Positions 1-14,200 of a DNA stretch of 64,000 nt are shown in pieces (the stretch's first letter is position 1; each line of letters opens with the position of its first letter). The notes below the pieces were generated by a model. It saw nothing but the letters and a program-made list of their open reading frames with translations. It searched no databases and was not told the origin of the DNA. A program made the translations under genes and the position numbers. Source of the DNA: Phoronis australis (taxonomy: Eukaryota > Animalia > Phoronida); assembly GCA_002633005.1 (NCBI GenBank), contig NMRA01000366.1, positions 60,222-124,221 of the forward strand, read 5' to 3'.

Positions 1-2
1 GG

Positions 3-31
<29 letters not shown>

Positions 32-34
<3 letters not shown>

Positions 35-134
35 AAACTTTGTGGAAGAGCAACATACTTGGCGAAATTTATTTCGCCAAGTAACAAACTTAGTGGAAGA
101 GCAACATACTTGGCGAAATTTATTTCGCCAAGTA
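32..134. repeat. 51-bp tandem duplication, each unit containing a perfect 13-bp hairpin; follows a poly(A) run
   Basis: Units start at 32 and 83. Each contains TACTTGGCGAAAT-tt-ATTTCGCCAAGTA. Resembles a Helitron/Helentron-type terminal hairpin. Confidence 0.85.
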
Positions 135-3100
135 AATAGCAAGGTGGCTAAACCGTTCTGTAATTAGAATTTTGATGCCGTAATATTTATTAGCAGTAAT
201 TTTTATTGTTAACAGAGTTAGCTGTCATAAAGGGAAAACATTATTTTGTCTAATTGTTAATCTTGTACTGTAACTGATCAGTCCATCGGGTTAACGCCGA
301 GGGAGCCAGACTGATGCTAGGACTTCATGTGCCAGCTTCAATTAATAACATTGATGGATAGGCAATGTTGCAAGGCCGGCTTAGTGTCTAGAATAGAGTG
401 ATCGCGGACAGTAGTTTGGTAGCAATGTCCAGCTTTTTTAACCATCATATCTTTTGTTTTTCCGATACAGACATTACACACTTAATCAGCTGGTCCTACC
501 CTGCTTACGTGAATGCTTTCAGGGTGCTTTGGCACATGAGTACGATATTACTGGGACGCGCATGATCCGTAAGAACCATTTCATGTCTCCTGGAATAAAG
601 AGCAGAAGGGGAGGGGTATTTTTAAACTGACTGACTGTTACTCAATGGTTAGTGAGTTGCCTACTTTTTCAGAGCTAAAATTCTGATGAAATTGGTGTTC
701 AAAAATACACAGGTTCTTTTAAGGAAGTCTCCGTTGTAGAAATTGGGGGTGGGTGCTTAAAAATAAAAATTTTGAAATTTTTGAGGAGGCACATGGACCA
801 ATGGATGAGTACTATATTAACGTATTTCCAATTTACCATCTTTTTTGTAGCATGTGATTTTACTGTGAGTAACCACGTCTTGCTATTTTCATGATCTTGT
901 CATCAAAATTGCCACCACTTTTGTGAACTACATCTAGACCTAGTTGTCTCGTTGTTCCGGGAATATTGACTGCTATGTACAATGCTACAATGAATAATTG
1001 ATTGTATCTCATGCCATTGACAGTCATCCAGACCAGGTAGAACATTGCTATGTTAATTTTTCCCTAATGACTATTGCAGTTGTGCCTGTCTTCGCAGCAG
1101 GTGTGTTAAGGTAGAAACATCAAGGTCTTCTCTCTTCATTTTCAGAATCTGAGACTAGCAGTTAATAAAAAGCCATGGTTTCACCGTTTTTGTTGGGAAT
1201 CATTACCTTTTTTTGAATGTGTTTCTATTCAATTTGAGACATTCTGCTTACTGTCAGAGTTGCGTTTGAACCTTTTTAGTCGGAATTAATACAAAATGAA
1301 GCAAAAAAGAACAATTCACATGCGCCCACCCAGGGGAGGCTCGGAGGGCATGAAGTGGGCTAAAAAGTCCACCTCGGAAGGAAAAAACTCCGAAAAAAGG
1401 CAGGAACTACCAAAATTTGGCAAAGGTACAATTCATTCTGAACATACCCCGTGAAACTTAGTAAAAGGTCCACATTCTCAAAAATTCGAGTCCCCCACTG
1501 TTTTAGGCTGGGTGCGTGCATGATTCATCAAATTGAAAGTGTGACTGTGACCAAGTTCTGTAGGTGTCAATATAGCAATGTTCTCTTGCTTTTCCTTTCT
1601 GATAACTGTGCCCAATGTCCATTTCGCCCGCCGGTCATGAATCACAGCCATTTGCCTGTTAGCTTGAACAATAGCGATTCAGTTATTTAGTGACTGAGGT
1701 CTAGTCGTTTTATTTGAAATCGAACTTGAAATATTTTTGACATTTATTGTTGTTGTAGCTTAATTGTCTATTACTGCTGGAGTACATTATGCTTCACGCA
1801 GGTGAGAGTCTCATCTGAATCTAGTCTTAATGACCTCTAAATTTCATCTGCATATTGGTTTGAGCATTTCTAGATTTCGGGTTCAGACTTGAACTTACAG
1901 CCTTAATGCTGGGGTCATCAAGTGCAAAATAGGTTTACACAATCTTCCGTGTAAACAAAGATAGATAAAGTTGTACACTGCTGCTTTGAATTCGTTATCA
2001 AGATGAAATGTCAAAAATATTTTCGAGTTCAATTTCAAGTAAAAAGATAAGACTACTGGCTCAGATGGCCAGTGTTTATGACGGGCAACCTGTTTAGATC
2101 GTTAGACTTTCGATTAAAGAATGATTAATTTTGACTCAAATCAACTAAAAATGTTCAAAAGATGTTCTAGAATAAATAACATATGCCAAATTAGCCAAAC
2201 ACACTTTCAAAAAGGTACGTGGAAATTCACCAATTTGGGACAGGGAAAAATTAACTTTTTGCATATGCCAAATTAACTGTTGACTGTTCCAAATTGGAAA
2301 TTTTTTACTGTTATTAGTTTTCTCTTTTAAAACTACTACAAATCTATGTTCTGTTAAATTAACTGAGTTTTGGTTTCAACCATTTTATACAGCTGTGTTC
2401 TCGGCTTGTTCCTTACACAGATGACGAATAATTTTTTGACTCATTGGGAAAACGTAACAGCCTAGATTGTTAGCCTACTGTAAAATGTTACCATTTGTGG
2501 ACTAAAAGAATTGCTAAGTTGCCATTTTATCATTTTTAAGGGCTTCTAACATTATTGTGAATGCCAATGATTTTCTGGGACATCATGGTAGGTATGATAC
2601 GGAACTTGAACGTAGAAAAACATTCATGAATTTTTATGAACGAAATGAGGAAATGAAATTTCACATTTCTGCCATATTGTGTCCAAAATTGGTGAGATTT
2701 TCCATAATACGGTACTTTTCCCCTTATTTAGCTCACAATATGGTTGACAAGTGAAATACAGTCTTGTCAAATTTATCTATAAAAAGAAATATTAAAATGT
2801 TTAGTCCATTAGTGGCATGGTATGTATTGTGTAGATGTCATAAACATCTTTTGGTAAATTTTCTATTATGTCCAGTCAGCCTTAAGTTTGTAAAATGGTT
2901 ATTTTAGCAATTAGTTTTGTGCAAGATAAGTGGACAGTTGCCATAGGAAACATTCTACATGCAACATTGTGAGGGCGCAAAAGTGTCGTTCTCTCGTCCA
3001 CATTGCTAATTCTGGCGAAGGCGGTCCAAGTAGATAGAGACGAAACACAATTTCTTTCATTCACGGACATTTTTAGACGTTGAATATTTTTGTTCGAATC

Positions 3101-4019
3101 ACTCGAGTATCCCGCTATTAATTATACTTTTGTATGAATGGACGTCGTCTGCACGTCTTTTACGTACGTTTTACTTAATCTCTTGTGATGGCTGTTATTC
3201 TTAATGGTGATTTGATTATCGATATGATTTTAAGTGTAATGAAGCAAAAGTTTTGACATTTAGATTGAGGAAGCATATTGTCTGAGGTAAGGAAGATGTG
3301 CTTATTGAGCAAGAACCCTAATAAATCTTGACAGGTTTTTTGCTCTAATTATGCTAACCAAATTGTCTTCCATGTGACAATGTGGCTAAATCGTCGAGGA
3401 TATTGTAGTTTTTTACGATTTATTTGATGATTTTCTTGAAATGTTTAAATTTTGTATGTAGTTTTTAATTAGGAACCGCTAATACCTTGCATAGCCAGTC
3501 CCGGACCACCTGTCTGGCCAGGTGCTTGGTTAAACTCTTGTGGCACTAAAACCAATTTGAAATAATAGACAACGTATTTGAAACGTCAGTGCTTCTTCAG
3601 CAAATTTGTCATGTCGTATTAAGTGCATTATGTCACAGTCGCTCTTAACCTTGGCATCATTATTTGCTGTAGAAAAGATTAAAGGGTTTTCCAAACAATT
3701 GATGTAGTGTAGCGACAATGTAATAATTTTGATTTGAACCATCATTTGAAACACCCTGTATGTCTTCATTATGGTGTACAAGCCACTGAGGCTATCATAC
3801 ATGTGTTAGTCCTAAGTTTTTTTCTAATTCTGAGTCATGGTCTGTTTGAACTGAACCTAATCAAACATTGGGTGGGGGTTGACTGGGATTTTTCCTCTGT
3901 TTTTAAATTAATGAACCACGTCCACTGAATCTGAGTCGGGAACAATCGGTAGTCACTTTTGTGCTCTCATCACGCTAGAGAACGGCAACATGGAAAGTCA
4001 GCTATTGTGCAGTGCAGTT

Positions 4020-4612
4020 TTCTTTTTTTAATGAATAAAACATTTATTAATTCAACCAATCAGTACATAGTTGTACAGCAAGATGAAATCTAGTCAAGTA
4101 CATCAAACAAATTACAAACATTATCGAACCCTATAAAATTTAGTTGCTAGGCAAAAAAAGACCACCTTGCCTGGAATCACTCAGGATCCAATTTATAATT
4201 GTAAATATTTTTTTCCGAGTTGTAGTAATCACATACCTCATGTAAAAATGACTGAAAATTTGGCTTAGCCTTTTTGCAGCCTTTGCCTGTATAAGTGAAA
4301 TTTCGCTAAGCAAAGAATTAAATTTACAACTTCTAAGCTGCTGGCTGGATCTCCAAACAAGGTGGTAGACATATTTAACTGCAGAGGGAAATCGCACTGA
4401 TTTATCATCCATTTTTTTAAAAAACTCCACAACTTCTGAACAAGTGAACATTACCAATACAAATGTGGAATTGTTTCTTCGTATTACTCACAGAAAGAAC
4501 ACAAAGACAATTCGCTAACACCTATTCTTTTTAAATTAAGAGTTTGTTTGTGGTTGATATGGAATTGAAACCATCTGAGTCTGACATCGGAAGTACAATA
4601 CCTGGGCAAAAG
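4020..4612 (-). mobile_element. Decayed 3' end of an L1/Tx1-like non-LTR retrotransposon (zf-RVT-type C-terminus)
   Basis: The minus strand reads LRWFQFHINHK..LKRIGVSELSLCSFCE*YEETIPHLYW*CSLVQKLW, a CxxC-H-C knuckle with two stops. A T-rich run near 4020-4030 on + fits a tail. Confidence 0.75.
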
Positions 4613-7600
4613 GAAGAGAGATGAATCTAGGACGTCTGAATTGTGCCTCAGAAGCCACTAACTCGGATGCATATATCTTAGATCCAGCCCTTATCGGATT
4701 TGGTATGGGATTTTGGCGAGCCTTAAGTGTTATGTATTAAGTTTTTAGTAACTCCGTGACGTCATTTCGATTGATTTTTGTCTCGTGCATGTACTACCAT
4801 CATTGCCACACCAGTTAATCAATCATTTGCCAGCATGGCCTAGCTGCACTTTTTAAATCTCCAGTTTCCTAGGTTACACCTAGCGCAACACCATCTGTTG
4901 CCTTTCGGTGGATTTTCACGCTGCTCCTCAATGAAAGTCGTTAACCAAATATGTCGCCAGTCAAAATACTTCTGCTGTAACATTGCAGGGTTTGATTATC
5001 ACGTTCTCACAATTAAACGCAGAATGTTGCCTCAGTTTTCCCCATACTCCCCCCTCCATGGTCCCCTCCCCCCAGTGTACTATGTTTGAACTCCAGTGAT
5101 CAATAACGCAGCTCAGCCTAGACAATTGACACACATGCCCTTGGAATTCAATGCTTTACTGTCAGCTACCTGCGGATAATCATGCTGTATGGATGTCTGT
5201 GTCTACTGCGTTTAATGACCGCTGGTTACAGTGTAGTATTGCTAATTAGAATGCAACACTAACTCGGTCCTTAGTGGTTGAAAGATGAATATTTTATGCT
5301 ATTTTCTCAAGCCGTTGGTTGGGTGTTCGTTGCAAGTTGAAAAGGGCCTTTTATCGCAAAAAAAAATTAAAGCCACTTTTTGTTATTATTCCTGAATCTC
5401 TGTCCAGCCAATCACTACGGTAACCACAAATTGCACCTGGGGCAACTTGGCGGACAATCATGTAAGTGGTGTCAAGGAATAGGTGCAGCGGCAAAATCAC
5501 TTCTTGCATGTCATTTTAGCATTTTTAGTATTACCAGCCTTGATACTGCAAAATGACGTGAGTTAAGAAAACAATAGTTTACGATATTTCCAGAAGTTTT
5601 TGGTTACTTCGCTTTATTTATTGTAAGTTAGTGATGATAATAAGAGAGAAAAGGAATTGAGTGTGAGGTTTGTTGACGGAATGAAAAGTAATGATTCATC
5701 AATGGGATATAATATCAGCCATTGCTTCATAGGTTGCCGGTTGTGTAGCTGTACACAGAGGTCGCTAGTGTGCCACGAGTGACGCAGGAGCTAATGTATC
5801 ATTCTCTGAGCATGTGCTGAGTGAGCTATCCTGTGGAACTATAGCATTGTAGAACACTGTCCGCACACAGTCACAAGTACGCAGTTTGCATAAGTTCTGA
5901 CTCACGTTTCACAGATTTTTCAACCAAAACTTGTTGCTGATATGGCCGTGATATTATAAAGTACGCCTCGTCGTTAGATGACGATGGAGTACTATTGGAG
6001 AGCGCTCTGCTTTATAATATGGGATTCAATGCAGTGAGATTTCCCAGCTTTATAAAACAATTCTTAGCGATTATCATGGCATCAATTTTTTATTGCAAAC
6101 TGGGAATTTGAAATGATTCACACAAAAAAGTCTAACATTTCATGTTGTCTGTTAATTAACGACAAAAAGTTATCGCTTGACTTGTCCCTGTCAGCTTCAC
6201 GCGTCTGTAGAAAAGTGAATACACTTTAATTTGTACCCTGACAACGCGAAAGAGTTGCATGTAGAATGTTTCTTTTTAGTTAAGCAAATACTTAACCTAC
6301 TTTATTATGAGGAGACAGATCCCAATAATTTGGTTAGCTTACATATTACTCCCCATTGGTTAAGAACTTACCATTGCAATGCAAAAAAGTATCCGAATTT
6401 GTTGAGATTACCTGTGTGTATGGTATTACATGCGTAATACTAATGGGTTTACAAAGTTCCAAGAGGCAGCTGCTGGTTATTGATGTCACTTGTTTGAAAT
6501 CCTACAACGTGAAGATATCCCAATATCTCGGTCAAATTTCTCGTTTGTGTATATGAGACCGAGCAATCATAGATTGACCACGGGCATCTAGCGAAGGAAG
6601 CGGTTCTGAATTAAAATGAGCATTGTAACGATACTTAACTCAACCATCGTTTTCAGTGGTGAAAGTTCGATCCGCAAACATTATCGCATTTTGCAGGTTT
6701 TCTATAAAAGTACCGCCTAAGTCTGTAATGGTTACAGTAAAATCGCACCAGTCTTGCACACAATCTAGCAGAGAAATGAAATCGCGTTACTAGTGTTAGA
6801 GGGGGAACTTCATTTTGAGAATCATTTTTTCCACTGAATAACGGACATTAGTTTGACGCGACTACTGTGGAATAATAAGTAGGGACCAAGATAATGCTGT
6901 ATAATTGTCAACTTTGCCACAGTTACCAGCTGATGATACTTTTTATATTGTGACCATTTAGATCAATGTTAAGAACTCTTTGGAAAATGAAAAGGGCAAT
7001 TTTGGTCGATTTTTTTCTAAAAATGTTGAGATTTCACGGCATATATTGCATATTACTTCTGTTTTCACTCGAAATTCAATGCTCAGGTCCCAAACTAGAG
7101 ACCCAACTGAATGTACACCACGAGGCCAGTTGTAGTCAATTTACGGCTAATTTGAAAACATTTGTGACATCCACTCACCAACATCGGTTTTATCAATAAT
7201 GTAACCAACACAATGATCCTTGACTAGGATAATCATTTTGTGTTATGACCAGTGTTATACCATCGTTAGTGTTTTTTGTAGTCATTGATGGTTTGAATAC
7301 AAATTGTTTTCAATTACAGTGTTATTGATTGAAACCAAATGCAAAAAAATAATGAGGTACAGGACTGAAGCTGCCATTGCGTTTTTAGCACTTTTGCTAG
7401 TAGCAAAAACGGTTACAGGTGTCACTTTTGTTGGCGCTTTGCTTGTGGTCGGAGTTACCCCAAAACTGATGGCGGTTTTTTGGAGTGAAGTGGAGCAAGG
7501 GCGCTTAGAAATAAAATTTTTGAGAGTACGTAGTCTCTTTCTGGAATAATGCGCAGGGTGCTCCATTGACTTTATATGCGAGAGTCCAAAAAACATCAAC

Positions 7601-8042
7601 AGATGTAGGCTATGTAGTAAGGCGGCTTACCGTCTGGAAGGGAGTGATAGTGTAATAGTTCAGTATTATGTCATGTCTTCTAAGGCATCATGCAAATGGT
7701 TCTGCATCAGAGAATTTACACATTTGCATAACTTAATGAAAATAAATTACGTGATCTCACGATACTTTAACTTTTTACCCCCTTGATTTCATTTTGTGGT
7801 CAGTTAGTACATGGTTTTGTGGTTATTTACATTTTATAATGTAGACAAAGCCAAAGGATCCTGTCACTCAATTGTATTTTATACTAAATATTTCTTATAT
7901 GAACCTATTTTTTCGTTACAATGCTTATGGCAAACACTAGAGCGAAAAAGGAAGTGCAAGTTAAACTTCGACATGTCATATTTAGAGTGCATTTAGCAAT
8001 ATCCGACCGTTAATATGACATTTGTTTTCTTCCTCTTCACAG

Positions 8043-8241
8043 GACTCTTCAAGAAGATTTGAAGAAGATTGAGGACAATGTTAAAAAGACGGAGGTCGTC
8101 ACCACCGATAACAGTGCTGTTTGCCAAATCTGTAACAAGACCAAGTTTGCCGACGGGGTGGGGCACGCCTGTCATTACTGCAAGCTGCGGTCTTGTGCCC
8201 GATGTGGCGGCAAGCTGGCTCTCAAGAATAACAATAAANAG
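8043..8241 (+). CDS. RIMS1/2: RIM exon: Rab-effector-type zinc finger, first three CxxC pairs (TLQEDLKKIED...CQICNKTKFADGVGHACHYCKLRSCARCGGKLALKNNNK)
   Basis: Acceptor ttcttcctcttcacAG (8041-8042), donor GTGGGT at 8242, phase 2->0. The sequence matches the RIM zinc finger. One ambiguous n at 8239. Confidence 0.95.
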
Positions 8242-11200
8242 GTGGGTGACGGTCGTTACACAGTACACCTGTGATTCGTTATTCACAACAGAAACTTATA
8301 AACTGTTCAGCGTAAGAGCTATTAAAGAAAGCATGTACGGCTTTTTAGCTGCCTTTACAAGACGTGGTAAAGTAAGCGGACACACTTCGGTTTGTGTAAA
8401 GACGCGGTATTCTTGAGACAACGCTGTTGTCTCATATCTACTCGGGTTCCCTTTACCTACAATTTGAGAAGAAAAACTGATGCTAGTGATGCGGGTGAAG
8501 ATTTGGGATTCCAAGCAAAACTTTGAATTATTTCGTTTTTGACTTGATTTTGTTTCACATCTGAGAAAGATCAGTCTCACCATACAACTCAGCAATTTAA
8601 AGCTACATTTCACCTTCATTTAGCTGACAATGATGGAGTTTATAAAGATTACCACGCTCATCCAGTCATCAGATTTTTTCCTTTGCTTACAGCTGTGGCA
8701 TCACCTGTATCAAACCGCATGAATCAACCATTGATATGGTGGTTTAAGATTGTATCAACAAACTTATGCCAACTTATCAAAAAGTCGTTGACCCCAGATA
8801 GGCGGTGACCTATCTCAGGACCTCTCCAGTCCTATCCAATTAAGAACAAAAACACTAAATGGCCATGTATGTGGAATGCTGGTCACCTATTATCTGTAAT
8901 AACTTGGGAGATTAGCTGGGCACACTGTTTGTTTAAGGTGGCTGAACAAGACTATTTACCAGGAAATGAATTACCATTAACTATCTTTAGCCAGTTCATC
9001 TGGTGATGAAATTATTAATTTTGGTGGTTTGATCAAGTAATAGTTGCTGCCCGCTTTGTTGCTACTGTTTGCAGTGCTAGAAATAGTACAAAATGTAAAT
9101 TATAACATTTACTTTGTAGATCCTTTGTTGATCAGTAATTTGTCAGTAACTTATCATGGTCTTGGAATGGCTTTGTATTGGGGCTTAGATTTGCCATGAC
9201 CACATTTTGTTCATTCATAAATGTTTGCCTTTGGCCTAACTGATACTTAAATTGCTTCTCAGTGGCCAGGAGATGCCTCAGGGACCGTACCAAAGCATCC
9301 GTCTGTCTGCTGTATCCTATGTTGATGGTCCACATGGGTCCACATTCTGAAACCCAACTCGTGCCTTTCAGATTCATCCGTCCTTCTCCAGGTCACCTTT
9401 GGTCTATCACACGAGGCCTTCCCAATAGAGTGGAGTAACATTAATACGAAACTTCAGCCAAAATCTCATGTGGCACATTAATTTTATTTCATGCATGTGG
9501 AACAGACAATTATTACATTGATGAGTTACAAAGTGTTGTTTTAGGACGACAAATTCTCATCAGGTACACTCGATTGAATTCGCTGGTTCAGCTGGGTCAA
9601 CCGACTAAGACATCTGATTGGTTCTCGATGACGATTTCCGGCTTACAAACCAATCAGATGTCTTAGCCGCTTGACCCATCAGAAGTGACAAAGTCATTCA
9701 AGTGCAGCCATTGAAAAGCCCAAATTCATCCCTTCTCTATAGTTTCGTGTCAAATATGCTATTTGATGAATGTAAGTGTGAGCTTGTTCTTAATTCGCTG
9801 TGTCCAAGAAGAAAGATCTTGCGTTACCGTGTGCTTAAATGATCTCTTAGTGAAATCGCAAGAAGCTTTACATTTGGGTGTAAAAAGCGTTATTACATGA
9901 CCACCAGTACTTTTATCCTTGGAGCGGCTAAAACACAGTAGGATAACTAGCCAACCCTGGAATATCACTTTTTATTTGTCTAAATGAAGCCGTTATCCCT
10001 GTTCATCCAGCTGCCTTTCTGTCCGGCGTTCATTACCACTCCATGGTTGTTTGTTAAATTTTCCAGGCATGTTGCTGTGATGACCGAATTTTCACTATGG
10101 TCTCTATTGTTGGCAGTTTCATTCTACTTTACGGTTTATATCTACTGAGTTCCTTGACGGTTTTTGCTTGAAATTTGGAACATAAATTCCTATTACGAAG
10201 ACAACATCAGCTTTCCGTTTTTGGGTAGATTCAACGTATTCTGCGAACATGGCTGCTAGTTTAATTTTCTTGCAGCTGTCTATTTTTGAAATCCACTTCC
10301 CTATTTGTCAAACTGCTTGAGGGATTGCTATGAAATATTGCAGGTGTTTCCTTTTTGATTTGAACACAGCTAATGTAATTTTTGAACAGGTCCTACCACT
10401 GTGACAACCTCTATTGGCCAATTCTTTATCCATGCCTCGATATCTGCCAAATTCGTAGATGGATCTTAATGAAATTTGGTGTATGTGTTCTGGTTGATAA
10501 AAGTACGGCTGACGTTGATTTTGTGAAAAATGCAACAACTGTGGCGTCGCCTTATGGCAATCTAGGCTTTCTTTTTGGATGTTTGACCTTCACCTTGATA
10601 TATATGAAACTCCTTGCGTGTTGTTCGTGGAACTCAGGAGATATACATTCATTAATGAGAATATTCCTACGCCAATTTTTGGACGACGTGCTTCTCACCC
10701 CTTAGATACTGTTTTAAGTTTACTATTATTGGTGGAATAATGGTCATCCGTCTGGGCCTGACATTGCTGCTATTCGCAATCTGACTGTCTACAAAATCCA
10801 TAACCTCTTTACCATGTAGACAAAGGGACCATACGATGACAGTGCATTAAAGCAGGTAAACATAATAATCTAATGAAACACTAAAATCAGTGAAAAGAAG
10901 CAGTAGTGACCTGTTCCGCAGAGAATTTGAATATGCTGAATATCAACTGTTCTACAGAGAATTTGAAGAAATGAACTCACGTTAGTCAGCAACCAAAACA
11001 GTTGAGTGTTAAATGAAATCTGTCTTCAAGAAGGACTTCTACCTGCGTTATATGAATATAATAAAACATATAGACTGATCCCTCAAGTCATACGGTAGGA
11101 GAGCTATGTTGACTTCAGTGCACATGACCTGCTACCACCTTTGTGATGTGTCCATTCCATATTTGAGTAATAGTCTCTAACAGGTGTCCTGCACTTTGAG

Positions 11201-14200
11201 AACTGGTTTTCCCTACTGAATAACAGACATCAAACTGGTTCTCAAAATCCAGTTCCCCTGTAAGTGCCCATTGCCCGTATTTCTATTTTCTCCACTCTCT
11301 GGGGTTATCTCACTTGACTATTTACTGGACCTAGTTTCTAGAAGGATGTCTCTGATTAGTTGTTGCTGTAAATATTGACCCCCTAGCATCCAGAAGTCAT
11401 GCTGTTTCAACATTTTCTCCTACTCAGCTTGAGAACATACTTGGCTTCATTTCCGAAGGCTTTAAATAGATCCTGTCATTTACCATACACCCACACTGCA
11501 GCTTAAGGGATGGCATCAGTGCTGCTAAAAATGTGTCTGTTAGTTATTACAAACAGATGTATCAAGTCCCAGATGTCGTTGACTATTACTGTGTTTTCTT
11601 GTTAATCATAAGTGCTGATTAAATCTGCTAATTATTTTTGATGTCATAGGGAAATATTCTTAGCATTGCATGTCTACTTTAAGTCCCTTGGTTGAATTCA
11701 GTTTGCACGAGGTGAGTGTGCCTAACCATTAGGGCCCCCATGGAAAGCAATGTGAACTGATGGGGTTACTCTCATTGTAATTATTACATTAATAAATGTG
11801 TGTTCTAATGCAGGCTGTACTTTACCCAGATAACCCTCATATTCATTTGATGGTTGAGGTTATGAAGGGCCCTTGGAATAATGGTCAAATTTGGTTTATG
11901 GGATTTATATGAAACTTATAGATACCTTGCATAATGAGCAGGTCTCCTAAACACAGTTAGGACTTGTTTCCAAACTTTCCACCTTTGCACGAGGGGCTAT
12001 TAAAAATAGGACTTTCATGACTTTTTGTGAAAAAATCAAAACCAAAATAATTCTTTAGAAAACTCTATAGAGCGTTTTTTGGGGGTTTCAGTCGGAACAA
12101 TTATATTTGAACAAAAGTTGGTCGTTTTATTGATACTGTTGTTTTGATATGGATGTAACTGCTTTTGCTAAATTTTACTAAAAAGACAAAGGCATGTTAT
12201 TAGCAGATTGGTATAAACTCAAAAATCAAATTCTACAAGCTTTATACTTTCAGAAAATGTATACTTTTACTGAGTTAAAATGTTTAATTTTGTTTAGATA
12301 CGTGGTTGAATACACCGAGACGATAAGGTCTGACATAACCTAAAGTCTTGGTTTTTGTTCCAAACCTAGTTTGACTTTAAATAAACTTGAAATATTAAAT
12401 GTGGAATAGGTTGGTATTTAATCTAGTACATGCAGTGGGTGCTTAATTAAAAATTTAAAAAGTAGAGGGTGGAGCTTGAAAAAAATACAAATATTGTCAA
12501 AAGTTAAGGAGGAGGGTGCTTACGGGAGCTTGGTGACAAAATCCAGTCGGGAATTGAAAACACCTAGAGTTACTTGTACACGTGTAATGAACGCGTCTGG
12601 CAATTGCAAGTGGCCTTTTTGGGTCGTTTCCGTCATTCTGCAAATTTGAATTTCTTATCTCAAAAACCCTTAGTCCAGATTTGACAATCTTGTGCATGAT
12701 GGCATTGTCTGTCGTGCCGGAGCACGCTCGTTTCCTTGTGCTACAGGAAATTGCCAGTGAAGTGCCAATAGTCCCTGCGGACCCTTGCAAATTATCGGTC
12801 GCTGTGCACACTGATGTTAGGTTTGCTCAGCGCCAACTAATTGACATCGAGGGATTACACGCGACGATAGGTGCACCGAACATTGCTGAGCGTGTCAAAC
12901 TCGGTTGCTTGATTTGCTAAGGGCCTTTGTTTATGGGACGTCTTAAGCCTCAGAAATGAACTTGTGGGCTGGCAATGTATGGCACACTGTGCAAAGCATA
13001 CCAAGTCGACTATCTTTTTGTTTCCTTCTAATCTACCGTACAAATGCCTTCATTGTAGGTGGCGACACTGGTTGCTTCGGCTTTCAATGCCATGTTTTGC
13101 AAACGTTTTAGCTGTCAGTTACTTCTTGGACCTTTTTCTTGGAGGACTTATAAGTTGGTTTTGGCTTATTAAGCGATACTTAGCAACAGCAACTCTACTG
13201 TCGTGGTCTCCATGTTCTACAACTCTCATTAGTCCTTAAACGCTGAGAGCAAATTTGAAAACAAAATTCTACTGAACTTGGAAGCTCGATTATCACTTGG
13301 GGGTGAGTTAAACGACAGCTGTGGGAAAAGACTACACGCAAACCGCGAGGGCCCATCTTCCAAAAGTGTATTTACTTGATTCTACTTTGATCTGTCAAGT
13401 AGGACACCAACAGTAGATTAGTGGTTGACAGAGTGGGGATTAGTTGAAATCGACAAATCAAGGTTTAGTATCCTTTTGAATTGAAGTGATATACAGTGCA
13501 AGGCAAAATTATTCAGACAATTAAGTTGCCTGGAATTTCCTGTCGTGACGGTTCAGAGCGGAAGCCGAATTCATGGTCAAAATAGTATTCTCTCATGACT
13601 GAAAGGAATTAACCGGAAACTTAGTCTGGTGGCTAAGCCATTTTGTTATTACAATTTTGTAGTCGTAATATTTGTAACCAGCCACTTTTGCTGTTTACGG
13701 AATTAGCCTCCATGATGCGGAAAACACTACTTTGTCTTGTAATGTATATCCTGAAGCCATACCGTATATCTTTTTTTACATTTTTCACCTTTGTTACAGC
13801 TCAAAGTGGCAAAGGTTATACAATTACATCTTGTACAATTACCTTCTGATGCAAGCGGATTGTGTCGTTATTCCTTCCGTGCTGAATGTCATTAGTAATC
13901 TGTTGAGTTGATGGCATCAAAATTCAATGCAACTCTCGTGAATTGTTCTCAGCGGATTGTTTGAACGAAGCGCTAGCAAATAGACGATGGTTGTCTGGGA
14001 GTTGCTAATTAGCGAATGGGTGTCACCCAGGCATACTTTAGAAAAAGGGTATACAAAACAGATCATGATATTTGTTTTACGCAGTTACTTGTATGTAACT
14101 CATCGCGTAGAAATAAATATGTTTGAATTTTTCCAAAACTTTGATGTCACTTGAAGCTATTCATGTTGGGAAGCTTGTATGTAAATCTCCAAAGAAGTTT

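Noticed and set aside
32-134. CRISPR-like palindromic repeats
   Set aside because: Only two units, the spacer is identical in both, the context is a eukaryotic intron and there are no cas genes.
7282-7599. Overlapping ORFs with a hydrophobic, membrane-protein-like stretch
   Set aside because: No splice context or recognisable domain. Likely T/G-rich intronic or repeat sequence.
12497-13239. Cluster of short ORFs, possibly a transposase relic
   Set aside because: No motif could be confidently recognised.
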